Source: a bacterium
GTDB taxonomy: Bacteria > SAR324 > NAC60-12
DNA length: 64,000 nucleotides
Reading direction: 5' to 3'
Assembly (NCBI GenBank): GCA_965209155.1
Contig: OZ242383.1
Span: 3,010,051-3,074,050, forward strand
How positions within the stretch are numbered: the first letter of the stretch is position 1; each line of letters begins with the position of its first letter. The position numbers were made by a program, and so were the translations under genes. Of the stretch, positions 20,123 to 30,811 are shown in pieces. Below the pieces are notes generated by a model. That model was not told the origin of the DNA, did not search any database, and saw only the letters and a program-made list of their open reading frames with translations.

Positions 20123-20304
20123 GATTCCTCCTATACTTGATTTGGATTTAACTATTCAGGTCTCTGAAAAACCCGTTCAGTTAAATATCATTAAAAAGAT
20201 TCCCGGAGAGGACCGATCGTTTCACGTCCTTCCATGATATTGTTCAATCGATCAAGTGGGAACCCTCTTTTTCACTAAAACAACTTAGTGAAGACATAAT
20301 ATTA

Positions 20305-20335
20305 GCAATATATAGTTTTTTGCATAATGTCAACC
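20305..20335 (-). promoter_or_regulatory. sigma70-like promoter candidate (TTGACA-N15-TATATT), paralog of the one at 11905
   Basis: Sits in the conserved module upstream of SBP 18335..20122. Confidence 0.35.
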
Positions 20336-20529
20336 CCCAATTGAAAAAAAATGCAGGATTCGTAAAAAAAATTAAAAATCTATCAATCAGGGAGATCCGC
20401 TTCTTTATGATCATGAGCCAAAAAGCGAAGGTTCACTCCACAAATCCGGGGACAGTTACTAATTTTTATTTTTTTAGGCTCCCTGGTTTTTTGGGCCTCC
20501 ATTCTCGTTTGATCAGGGCTTCTGCTTTT

Positions 20530-20770
20530 CTTAAAAACGGTCATCTCCTAAAGGGCGACCCGTCCGAAAATGCTCTCGAAATTTTTCTAAATCAGGGTAC
20601 TCCACCTTAAATAGGGGAATGCCTGGAAGGAGCACTCTCAAACTAACCTGGCCATCTTACCTCCAATTCCTGAAGCGAAAATTCAATGAGCAATCATTGT
20701 TCACAACCTTAATCAAATTCAGAAATCTATTGCAAATAAATGGTAACTGTCCCCGGATTTTATCTTGTCG
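20530..20770. repeat. ~240-bp dispersed repeat (second copy 42900-43135) ending in a ggtaactgtcccc motif
   Basis: About 90% identical to 42900-43135. The ggtaactgtcccc motif recurs at 20445, 22590 and 43115. Confidence 0.6.
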
Positions 20771-20779
20771 TCTTTCCTT

Positions 20780-20970
20780 GTTTGACGGGGACCGGGCCAA
20801 AATGGGCGAACGCTTCATGCAAATCCTTCATTCGCTGCACTCGCTCTACCATTTCGGTAGCCTTTCTGCAAAGCAACCGCTGAGTCTAAAAAGTGAATCA
20901 AGCTGACCATCGCCGTAGGGGTATCGTAAAGTCCTCCGGCAATGACAGCGCAGCACGAGATCAGTAGACT
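20780..20970. repeat. ~190-bp dispersed repeat (second copy 22270-22470)
   Basis: ggccaaaatgg.cgaacgcttcatgcaaatcct...ctttctgcaaagcaa.cgctgag.ctaaaaagtg.atcaa.ctgaccatcgccgt is shared by both copies. Confidence 0.6.
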
Positions 20971-21179
20971 TCAGGATTTCCGTTGCAGTCAGGTTCGATT
21001 TATTTTGCCTGATGCAAGGGATTGGAAAAGTTTAAAATTGCTTGTCGTGAGATTTTATAGGTAGGCGTGAATTGGCTCTGATTTGAATATCGAAGATCAT
21101 CCTTTTTCTTTTTGGATATTGACAAAAATTTTATTTTTTACAATCTAGTAAATCTTAACAAATATGTTAAGTTAATTCT

Positions 21180-21512
21180 ATGAAATGGAAAATTATTTAT
21201 TACAATGAAGAACTCCAGCACTGGACGGAAAATCTTCCTGTAGGAATTCGAGCTTACTATGCAAGAATTACCGAACGAATGGAGATTTATGGGCCAAATC
21301 TAGGGCTGCCACATACCCGGCCTATGGGAGAAGGATTGTTTGAGATTCGTGCTCAAGGAAAAGAAGGGATTGCACGAATATTTTATTGTACAGTGATCAA
21401 TCAAAAAATTGTGATGCTTCATGGATTTATCAAAAAAACTCGAAAAACTCTTAGAAACGAATTGAAAACTGCAAACCAAAGAATGAAAGAGGTGAAAAAT
21501 GAAATCTCATAA
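21180..21512 (+). CDS. RelE/ParE-superfamily toxin, HigB/Gp49-like
   Basis: 110 aa; pattern EI..YGPNLGLPHTRPMGEGLFEIR...GIARIFYC...IVMLHGFIKKTRKT; the toxin gene precedes the antitoxin. Confidence 0.65.
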   Translation: MKWKIIYYNEELQHWTENLPVGIRAYYARITERMEIYGPNLGLPHTRPMGEGLFEIRAQGKEGIARIFYCTVINQKIVMLHGFIKKTRKTLRNELKTANQRMKEVKNEIS

Positions 21513-21789
21513 ACAAATGGTTAAGGAGTGGATAAAAGATCCAGAGTTTAAAAAAGCTTATGATGATTTAGAAGAGGAATTTTCTCTTTTCGATGAATTG
21601 ATTCAGGCACGTCATACAGCAGGCTTAACTCAAGAGGAAGTCGCCGAAAAAATGGGAACCAAAGCTCCTGCTATTGCTCGTATTGAATCTTATGGTCGAA
21701 CAAATAACCGTTCGCCCAGTCTAAATACTCTTCAGAAATATGCAGATGCGGTAGGGTGTGAATTGCAGATCAAATTAGTTCCTCGTTAA
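21499..21789 (+). CDS. HTH XRE-family antitoxin (HigA-like)
   Basis: 96 aa; HTH (GLTQEEVAEKMGTKAPAIARIE); overlaps the toxin gene. Confidence 0.65.
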   Translation: MKSHKQMVKEWIKDPEFKKAYDDLEEEFSLFDELIQARHTAGLTQEEVAEKMGTKAPAIARIESYGRTNNRSPSLNTLQKYADAVGCELQIKLVPR

Positions 21790-22701
21790 GCTATTATTTT
21801 AAGTGGTTTTAATTGACGAGATGACTACAATTATCCCGCGAGATTCATCTTTTTGGTGAACTCCTCGAGGGATCATCGCTTGTGGAAGATCACGGTCAAG
21901 CCAGATCCGGTTTTTACGAAGGCCTACCAGATGGGGACTCAAGACTGTGAGACCGCTCATGCCATCGAGCTTGGATTACAGCAGGAATCGCTTCGACTTC
22001 TTGGAAATGGACAGGAGAGGTGATCATCTTTTAGAACTGATTTTTAATCACCTCTAAAATCAAGTAATAGGCATTGGTTCCCAAACGAATCCGCATGACG
22101 CTTTGATCATCAAAAGGGCAAGAGAGTATACAAGCATCTAAATAAAGTCGTTGATTCATCAAAACGCTCCCTGGATAGTCCTAAGTGAATGTTGTTGATG
22201 ATATGATCCGCTTTACAGAGAGTATCAATGAATGTCAATTTATTTGTGAAATTCGAGTGAACGTGTCAGGGTTTGGCGGGTAACGGGCCAAAATGGTCGA
22301 ACGCTTCATGCAAATCCTCGATCCGCTGCCATCGCTCCACAATTTCGTGGCCTTTCTGCAAAGCAATCGCTGAGCCTAAAAAAGTGGATCAAACTGACCA
22401 TCGCCGTCGCGGTATCGTAAAGATAAGTCCCCCGGCAATGACAGTACAGCACAAGATCGGCACACTTCAGGTTTTCCGTTTCAGTCAGGTCCGCGATCAG
22501 AATAACTTTCAAGCCCAACCTACGAAGCGTTTGTCCCTCTCGTGGTGGTTACGGGACGGTCCCCAGATTTTCGGATTTTCATTGCAAATGATTGGTAACT
22601 GTCCCCAGTTTTTAATAATTGGTAGCCGTATCTAAGTCTCTCATCGACATGCGAACAAGGAGAAAAGGGGACAAATTAATTTTTCTGTTTTTGGTTAGTC
22701 C

Positions 22702-23018
<317 letters not shown>

Positions 23019-23030
23019 TCACTGACCTCA

Positions 23031-23795
23031 TCAACCGCGCCAAGCTGCGATCTCATCGACCGCATTTCGCGCTTCACGCTCCAGAAACCATAAATCCATT
23101 CCGTACCCTATCCAACGAATGCCACTCTCCAACAATGATTTGACCGTGCTTGGAGTGGGCGGTATCGCCCACTGACAGAACGCTATCCCTTTCCTCTGGC
23201 ACATGGCACGGACGTGGTCTCTGGCTTCAGTTATCTGGGGATGGTCAAACTGGCCGGCTATACCCAGGAGGTGTGAGAGATCGGTATGGCCTACCCAGAC
23301 CACGTCTATCCCGGGAATGAGAATCTCCTCCAAGTGCTCGAGTGCCTCCGGAGTCTCAATAATCAGGCCGAGCAACGTGTTGGCGTTAGCGTGAGCGCAC
23401 GCTGCCGGTACATCAGGGGCCCCGTACATGCCAAACGCACGCTTTCCTTCGGGGTGGAATTTGGTAAACTCTATCAACAGCCGGGCCTCCGCTGCGCTCC
23501 GGATACTTGGTAGGATCAGACATTGACAGCCGTTGTCCAGCAATCTCGTGATGAAATGTTGCTCCAGGGCAGGAAGGCGTACCATCGGTGTGACACCAGC
23601 CAGGTGAGCATAATGGACGCTCTCCACTAGCTCTTTCATATCAAAATTAGTATGCTCAGCGTCCATATCCAAGTAGTCCACACCAGCCTTTGCATACGCC
23701 TCCACCACGTAGGGTCCGCGGCTCTTCATTAATGTTCCGATGATCACTTCACCTCTTTTCAACTTTGCTTTTAACTGATTTCCCCGCAAGGGCAT
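23031..23795 (-). CDS. HpcH/HpaI aldolase family protein
   Basis: 254 aa, TIM-barrel aldolase pattern. Confidence 0.75.
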   Translation of the reverse strand: MPLRGNQLKAKLKRGEVIIGTLMKSRGPYVVEAYAKAGVDYLDMDAEHTNFDMKELVESVHYAHLAGVTPMVRLPALEQHFITRLLDNGCQCLILPSIRSAAEARLLIEFTKFHPEGKRAFGMYGAPDVPAACAHANANTLLGLIIETPEALEHLEEILIPGIDVVWVGHTDLSHLLGIAGQFDHPQITEARDHVRAMCQRKGIAFCQWAIPPTPSTVKSLLESGIRWIGYGMDLWFLEREARNAVDEIAAWRG

Positions 23796-24040
23796 GGTTT
23801 CCTCCTTTTTACTTCGGATAATTAATCATTCCCCGACTCTAACTCCCTGATCTCATCTCTCCCCCTTTCCTGGTTAATGAGGCTGAAAGTTCGGGCTGAC
23901 CCAGGGTGATGGCAATCCCTTCATCCCCGTCCGACGAGCCGTTCTCAGGGGGGAAAGGAGTCGTAAGACTCCCGACCTACCCGACGGAAATATGAACTTA
24001 AATTCCCAAAGTCACAGGCCTGACCCCGATTCCCCGATTT

Positions 24041-24997
24041 CTAAGCGAAGGGGTTGATCAGTCTGGAGAGGAATCCTCGTTTGCGTTTCCCTGCGGCGCC
24101 GTAACTGCCTTGGCCGCCCCTGAGCCTCGGGTCGAGCAGGTCTCGCACCGCGTCGCCGAACATGTTGAGGGAGTAGACTACAATCGTCAGGGCAAGCCCC
24201 GGCCAGAGCGCCAGCCATGGGGCAATTTCCATGAACTGACGTCCTTCCCGGCTGAGCAGACCACCCCAGCTAGGAATCTGGGCTGGCAGCCCGAACCCCA
24301 GGAAGCTCAGAGAAGCCTCAGACATAATCACCCCCCCGATGTTGATGCTAAATATGATGATGACGACAGCCGCAATATTGGGCAAGACATGTCGGATAAG
24401 TGTTCTCCATTTTGAGGAGCCAATCGCCTCTGCCGCCTCAAAATACACATTCTCTTTTACGCCAATAACGGCGCCTCTGACGACTCTTGAGCCGCTGATG
24501 CCTCCTGCTATACCCAGGACCACTATTATCTGTGGGATACCCCGCCCCACTATGGACATTATGGTTAACAATATAAGCAGTGCCGGGAAAGCCATCCAGG
24601 CATCGACAAAGCGCTGCACCACCAGGTCCACTTTCCCCCCAAGGAATCCAGACGTGCCGCCGACCAGGAGCGCGACGAGCACATTGAGCGTGGTTGCGGC
24701 CAGACCCACCACTAAGGAAATGCGAGCCCCGACGATCAGGCGGCTCAGGAGGTCTCGCCCAAACTGGTCGGTCCCCAGGAGATGCCGGGCGGATGAGCCC
24801 TGTAGCCGGTCTACCAAGTTTGGTTTATCATAGGGATAAGGGGTCAACACATCGGCAAAGATGGCCACCACAATCAAGATCAAGATGATGAGCCCGCCGA
24901 AGGTCCCCAGGGGCTTCTCCTTGACCAGCCGGATGAAGAAATCCACAAACCGGCTCCGTCGCTTGGGCCCACGGATGGGGGAGGGTCTCTCATTCAT
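24041..24997 (-). CDS. ABC transporter permease (DppC-like), cassette 2
   Basis: 318 aa; about 80% identical to 31738..32694. Confidence 0.85.
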   Translation of the reverse strand: MNERPSPIRGPKRRSRFVDFFIRLVKEKPLGTFGGLIILILIVVAIFADVLTPYPYDKPNLVDRLQGSSARHLLGTDQFGRDLLSRLIVGARISLVVGLAATTLNVLVALLVGGTSGFLGGKVDLVVQRFVDAWMAFPALLILLTIMSIVGRGIPQIIVVLGIAGGISGSRVVRGAVIGVKENVYFEAAEAIGSSKWRTLIRHVLPNIAAVVIIIFSINIGGVIMSEASLSFLGFGLPAQIPSWGGLLSREGRQFMEIAPWLALWPGLALTIVVYSLNMFGDAVRDLLDPRLRGGQGSYGAAGKRKRGFLSRLINPFA

Positions 24998-26008
24998 ACC
25001 GCACCCTGGGGTCTAAATAAAGATAGATCATGTCGATCATTAGATTTATTCCTAAAACCGCGGTGCCGAAAAACAGGTTGACTCCGGAGACCACCGGGTA
25101 GTCTCTCTCATTGAGTGTATCCACTATGAGACGACCTAGCCCCGGCAGGTTAAAGATGTTCTCCATGATCACGGCGCCGCCGACCAGGATCGGTAACTGC
25201 AGGCCAATCAGGGTCACCACTGGGATGAGGGCATTTTTGATGGTATGTCTGATCACCACGACCCGCTCCTTGAGCCCCTTGGACCAGGCCGTCCGAATAT
25301 AGTCCTGCCGGAGCACCTCCAGCATCATGGTGCGGGTCATGCGCATGGTGCTGGCAGACAAAGCCGTCCCCAGAATCACGCTGGGAATGATGAGCCCCCG
25401 GAGATTCCCCAGAGGGTCTTCCGTGAAAGGAATCCACTCCATCGGCGGCGACCAGCCCCACCAGATTGCCGGGAAGATCATGACCATCAATCCCAACCAG
25501 AAGTTAGGCGTTGCCATGCCGATGATGGCGATGGAGCGCCCCACGTAGTCGGCGGCCGTATCCTGGCGAATCGCCGAGTAGATGCCAATGGGCAACGCGA
25601 TCACCAGACCGATGACGATGGCCAGAATGCCAAGTTCCAGGGTGACCGGCAAACTGGCCAATATCGTCTCCTCTACCGAAAGAGGGCTCATCAGTGATTG
25701 GCCAAGGGTGCCTGGAGGATACCGTTGAAGCGGGACTCACCGGTAAACCAGTCAGGGGTTCGCAACACTCCCATCCAGCGTCCATACTGCACCCAGACAG
25801 GCACGTCTAATCCCATCATACGCAGAAGAGCTTCACGGTCTATCGCCGGACCCGCCCACCCGGGGCCACCAGCAATGGCTTCCATCCGAGCTTCTATTAG
25901 GTCTATTACATTGCCCGGGAGGAAGCGGACCAAGAGAAAGACCAGGATGCTCAGTATAAAGAGGGTGGGGATTATGAGCAACAGCCTCCTGATTATATAG
26001 GCTCTCAT
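24990..26008 (-). pseudogene. DppB-like permease, cassette 2, interrupted by a 1-nt frameshift
   Basis: N-terminal ORF 25691..26008 and C-terminal ORF 24990..25691. The frame is restored by adding one G in the run ctccag|gcaccc at ~25718. Confidence 0.65.
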
Positions 26009-26111
26009 GGGATACTCCTCTTTCCCCTCTTTGGCAAAGGGGGGGGCCGTCCGCGGAAGCGGGGATTTCAAAGGCTGTAAAATCCCCCTTTTTCAAAGGG
26101 GGACTTGTAGA

Positions 26112-27917
26112 CTAATGCCCCATTTCTTTCTTTAGCTCACTATCAATCCAGAGGCGGGAGAAGACAACATGGTTTTGGCTTGCTCCAAAGCCGCCTTCAG
26201 CGTTATAACCTATCACCCACGGCTGGTGCACGGTAAACACTGGGGCTAAAGGCCCCCAGAGGAACCAGTGCTGCTCTATGATGCGCATGTCCATCTCTTT
26301 AGTCAGCCTCGTCGCCTCCTCCATGGTGGTCGCCTCTACCATGGCTTCATACAGGGCGTCATATTGCGCGTCGGAGACTCCAGAGTAACTCCGTGCAGTG
26401 CCCCCGTAAAACTGAGTCATTGCCCACAATGGATAGAATGGATCAGCCTTGATGCCCGCATTCCACCAAGTCAAATCATAGTCTCCCGCGTTTCGTCTAG
26501 CCCCAAATTCTGCACCGGAACGTGTCTCAATAACCACATCAACGCCAATCTCACGCCAGTATGCTGCCTGTAATTCTACCAATTCCATCGACGGATCAGC
26601 CAGAAACGTGGCCTTGAATCTAAAGCCGTCGGCGCCACGAGGATATCCCGCCTCATCAAGCAACGCTTCTGCCCGTGCCGGGTCATAGGTATAATATCCC
26701 TTAAGCTCTTTGGGCCACTCTTCAAATGGGACGTGATAGTCCTTGAATTCCCTGCCTACCAGCCCCCGAGGTATCGTATCCGCATAACCCTTATAGAAGG
26801 TAGCGTTCATTGTCTCAAGGTCCAGTGCCATCTGCATTGCATGGCGCACCCTGATGTCGTCCCCCCAGAGCGGCCTGCGCTGGTTCAAACTGATAGAAGT
26901 ATTCGACCGTTCTGACCACCTGTGCACCACGAGTTCGGGGTTGGTCCGCATGAGGCTCTCTGCCTGGTCTAGAGTGTTTAATTGAGTGGCGCCCGGCCAA
27001 CCTATGAAATCGATCTTACCACTGCGCAGTCCCGCCAGACGTGTTGGCACTTCCAGGATAACAAGGCCCTTTACCTCGTCAACATAGGGCAAGCGGTTCT
27101 CCGGGTATTTTTCGTCGAAGCCCCAGTAGTTGGGATTCTTGGTCCAGGTCACAGAGCTGCGCGGGACCAAGTCAGTCAGCTCAAAGGGCCCGGTGCCGAC
27201 CACACTCTGCCAATCCCAATCGTCCCCGTATTCCTCGAGTAGCTCGGGGGGCTGTATAACCATACTGTTCCAGTCCAAGATAAGGCCCAGGCCACGGAGT
27301 CTTGGCTCCTTCAGCTTCATAACAACCGTATATTTGTCGGTGGCTGTTACCGATTCGAAAGGCAAATCCAGGAGGGAACCTCCCCCTGGAGAAGGTTCGG
27401 CTTCACTGAACTCGGTCCCTGTCAATTTATTTCCCAACATGCGGTGAAAGGTATGTTCTACATCCTTGGCAGTTAGCTCGCGCCCAGATACCGGCGGCTT
27501 ATCATGCCAGTGAACGCCCTGGCGGATGTGGAAGATATAAGTTGTGTTGTCAGGCTGTTCCCAGCTTTCCGCCAGCGCCCCCCTGAGGGCGTATACAGGC
27601 GTAAGGTAGCCGCCGACAAAGGGATATGTGTCCCTATCTATTGCCCAGTTCGTCATGGCCAGTTTCTCTAGAACGCCACTGGTGATGAATAACGATCCCG
27701 GACCGCCACTATAGGCATCCACTCGACGGTCATTGCCATACAGGACCTGGGTTATTGTCCCGCCATACTCTGGTGCAGTGTACACCTTGCCATTGCTGGG
27801 GTCCGTCACATACTTCTTCTCAGCAGCAACGGCCGAACTGACCCAAAATGCAGCCACCATCAGGGTGAGGGTGAGCAGGATTGCACTGAAGGTTGATTTG
27901 CTTTTTTGATTTTCCAT
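26112..27917 (-). CDS. ABC transporter substrate-binding protein, family 5, cassette 2
   Basis: Starts at MENQKSKS (27917) before the signal peptide. The upstream in-frame extension to 28016 is an untranslated leader. Confidence 0.8.
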   Translation of the reverse strand: MENQKSKSTFSAILLTLTLMVAAFWVSSAVAAEKKYVTDPSNGKVYTAPEYGGTITQVLYGNDRRVDAYSGGPGSLFITSGVLEKLAMTNWAIDRDTYPFVGGYLTPVYALRGALAESWEQPDNTTYIFHIRQGVHWHDKPPVSGRELTAKDVEHTFHRMLGNKLTGTEFSEAEPSPGGGSLLDLPFESVTATDKYTVVMKLKEPRLRGLGLILDWNSMVIQPPELLEEYGDDWDWQSVVGTGPFELTDLVPRSSVTWTKNPNYWGFDEKYPENRLPYVDEVKGLVILEVPTRLAGLRSGKIDFIGWPGATQLNTLDQAESLMRTNPELVVHRWSERSNTSISLNQRRPLWGDDIRVRHAMQMALDLETMNATFYKGYADTIPRGLVGREFKDYHVPFEEWPKELKGYYTYDPARAEALLDEAGYPRGADGFRFKATFLADPSMELVELQAAYWREIGVDVVIETRSGAEFGARRNAGDYDLTWWNAGIKADPFYPLWAMTQFYGGTARSYSGVSDAQYDALYEAMVEATTMEEATRLTKEMDMRIIEQHWFLWGPLAPVFTVHQPWVIGYNAEGGFGASQNHVVFSRLWIDSELKKEMGH

Positions 27918-28016
27918 CTTTTTCCTTTCTGCTTTTTGATTAAAAACAAGATTTAGGATTGATTTAAAACCTGCTTTCGTTCCCGAAAGCACGTTCTCGA
28001 CGATTTCTCTACACAT

Positions 28017-29130
28017 TGGGTCTCCTTCATTTTCAAGTGATCAAAAAAACGATTCATGGCTCCAGGATTGGGCAATGAACCATGTACTTTAAATTCTCTT
28101 GAGGAATTTCCATTGGCTGAAATGAACTGAGGGGTAATTCAAGGATCTCTCCCTGAAGTCGAGATGAGATAAGGGGGGACAATCCAATGAACTGGGGACT
28201 TGGGATTTAGAACGTGGGTGCCGGGTGCCGGGTGCCGGGTGCCGGGTGCCGGGTGCCGGGTGCCGGGTGCCGGGTGCCGGGTGCCGGGTGATTGAATGAT
28301 ACTCTCATATTAACCTTTTGTCAAGAAATTTTTATACTTGAAACGGGTTAATTTCAGACTTTCATGTCATCCTGATTGATAGCTGACAGCGAAAAGCCAT
28401 TTCGCGACAACGTCTCTTTAAGGAAAATATTTTATATCCAGAAAAAAATCAACATTTTTTTTAAGACAGATCCGATTTAGTCATTTAAGGCAAATTTTTC
28501 TCATATCCAGAAATAGTATAATCGCTCTGCAAATGTATCAAGATTTTTTTAAATATGGCGACTCATTCATTTATGAGTGTCTTCTGATGATCAACGAAAA
28601 TACTTTTTCATATACGGAAGTCAACATTTTTGGCACTTTTCAATTCCCCTTTGACCGTTTCTAAAAATCCTCTGCTGAGGATATGATGTTTTACATGACT
28701 TTCGGCTCAATCAATAGGAGCGAAATTGAAATGAAACCTTCAGCCCAAGGCGTTTTGGTTGAGAATTATCAAAAAAGAAATAGAAAAACAAGCCGAAATT
28801 CTTAAAAATCTTCAGCCCAAGGCGATTTCTTGAAAACTATCACAAAAGAACGATGATGGCAAAATCCTGGTAGGTTTCATTATCCCCTTCAGTATCTTCT
28901 CTATATAACAATATTCAGAGGAGGTCAATCGATTTTTTTTGCTCATCTTAACTCCTCAGGGGCGAGTGCTGGTGTCATCCTGGATTTGATCCTGGCTCCT
29001 ATCTGTGTCAGTCCTTGAAAATACTGTGCAATCCTGCCCTTCCAGGAGCGAAAAGCATGGGATTCAAAGCGCATCATTTCAATGACTGATGAGCACTCAA
29101 AATAAGCAGCTTTCGCAAAAAGTTGCTTGA
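28017..29130. repeat. ~1.1-kb conserved noncoding region, copy A
   Basis: Near-identical to 36190-37200 (copy B) and 41940-42415 (partial copy C). AT-rich core, no ORF conserved between copies. Confidence 0.75.
28216..28290. repeat. heptanucleotide tandem repeat (GGGTGCC) x ~10.7
   Basis: Direct count; about 4.7 degenerate copies at 36407-36439 and about 1.7 at 42168-42186. Confidence 0.9.
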
Positions 29131-29136
29131 GCTTGC

Positions 29137-29382
29137 TTAGGAGCGATTGAGTTGAGATTGAAGCTGTTGAAGCAGGCTTTGTAACTCTTCTTTCCTTTTT
29201 CGAATCAACTCTTCTTCAGGAGTCCTCTCTTGCTTGAAAAGGATTTGAGTCATGTGGATTTGACTAATCAGTTTTCCTTTTTCCAGACCTTCTTCTCGAC
29301 CTTCTTCCAAACCTTGTGATTTTCCGATTTGGATCAGTTCTTTTCCGGCGACGGTTTCGTCCAATGGTGTCAGTTTGAGCAT
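29137..29382 (-). pseudogene. C-terminal fragment of an Rpn/YhgA-like (Transposase_31) protein
   Basis: EGREEGLEKGKL repeat tail typical of that family; no N-terminal nuclease part. Confidence 0.4.
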
Positions 29383-29496
29383 CTTCTCTATCTCCTCTCT
29401 CGTCAGTTTAAAAACTTCTCCACAATAGCATAGGTTAACAATTCTCTCAAATGACTTCCTCTATTTGGGTGTAATTAAAAGTGAGGGTCATCTCAA

Positions 29497-29691
29497 TTAA
29501 GCCCTTTGAAGTTGTTGCCAATAACAATCCCATTTTCCATGGGCTCTTGCCACCCTGAGTTGAATCATCTGATCGGCATGTTGTTTTTTCCACCAAGCAC
29601 CAGGGAGTTTGAGCCGTTTTTGGATGAGGGAACGATGGGCGCTTTCAATTTTTCCAGAGCCGATAGGGATAAGAAGCATGACGCTGGACAT
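29497..29691 (-). pseudogene. C-terminal fragment of a DDE transposase (ISKra4-like tail)
   Basis: G.GKIESAHRSLIQKRLK..GAWW....A..MIQLRVA...GKWDCYW resembles the conserved C-terminus of that family. Confidence 0.35.
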
Positions 29692-30316
29692 AGAAAATAT
29701 CAGGCCGCCGGTGTTGTCCCAAAAAACCGAAAAAGCCTTATCCGAATACCTGGCCTTTCGTCAAGTCCTCCGGAACATTTATGGTTTTGAAATCGATAGT
29801 GAAAAACTGTCAGGACTCGTCCAAAAAGTGGAAAAAACGTATCAGGAGGTGAAAAACGACTTGAATCGGTCTCTGCATTTTCTGAGAGAAATGTCGTCGT
29901 GAAATCATTGTTAGCCATTATGAACACTCAAGCATTCCCTGCTGAAGAATATGAACAGGACTTTTGAACGAATGCTCGCTTTGGTGGATCAAAAAGATGT
30001 CAAAAAATCTGAACATGGGTATAAGGAATTAGCAGAAGATGTTATTCACGTGAAAGATCTCCTGGCAAGAATCTCTGAAGCGATTGTGATTGAGGATTAA
30101 CCCGGATATCCTGGTGGAATTCTAAGCATGGGAAGTTATCGCTTTTCTGGCTAATAATGCTTTTTGAGAGTTATCCAGTTAGAAAACTATTAAAATACAG
30201 ATAAAAAAACTGGTCAAGACAGATTTTTGTAATTATAAAGAACCAGATAATTATATAGTTAGGCGGTTGACCTTATTCGGCCTGTCCGTCGGGAACTAAA
30301 TGCGATACCTTGCGAT

Positions 30317-30811
30317 ATGGCCAAACCACGCGTGTATGTCGAGACCACGGTTCCCAGCTTTTACCACGAAGAGCGCACCGCCCCCGCCATCGTGGCCCGC
30401 CGGGAGTGGACCCAGCGGTGGTGGGACAGCGCGCCCGAGCGCTACGAGCTGGTCACCAGCCCCGCGGTGCTCGACGAGTTGACCGGCGGCATACCGGAAC
30501 GCAGTGCGAAACGACTGGCTCTGATTCGTGGTCTACCACTCCTGCCAGTCGAATCGGCCATCGCCGAGATCGTCCAGGGATATATCCGGCACAAGGTGAA
30601 GCCGGCTGATCCTGGTGGTGACGCACTGCATTTGGCGCTTGCGTCTTATCACAAATGCGACTTTCTGGTCACCTGGAATTGCCAGCACCTTGCAAATGCG
30701 AACAAGTTCGGACACATCCGCCGTGTGAATGCCATGCTCGGTCTTTTCGTGCCAGCGTTGGTGACACCCTTGGAGCTACTTGGAGATAGCGATGAAACAG
30801 AAATCGAATGA
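30317..30811 (+). CDS. PIN-like domain protein (putative VapC-type nuclease)
   Basis: 164 aa; PIN-like distribution of acidic/polar residues (VYVETTV...SPAVLDEL...DALHLALA...DFLVTWNCQHL). Sits in a local high-GC patch. Confidence 0.4.
   Translation: MAKPRVYVETTVPSFYHEERTAPAIVARREWTQRWWDSAPERYELVTSPAVLDELTGGIPERSAKRLALIRGLPLLPVESAIAEIVQGYIRHKVKPADPGGDALHLALASYHKCDFLVTWNCQHLANANKFGHIRRVNAMLGLFVPALVTPLELLGDSDETEIE

Noticed and set aside
27917-28016. N-terminal extensions of the SBP ORFs (MCREIVENVLSGTKAGF..., and the 67-aa extension at 35987-36187)
   Set aside because: The extensions precede the signal peptide and coincide with a nucleotide-level conserved hairpin element. Paralogs have an in-frame Met with an RBS right before the signal peptide.
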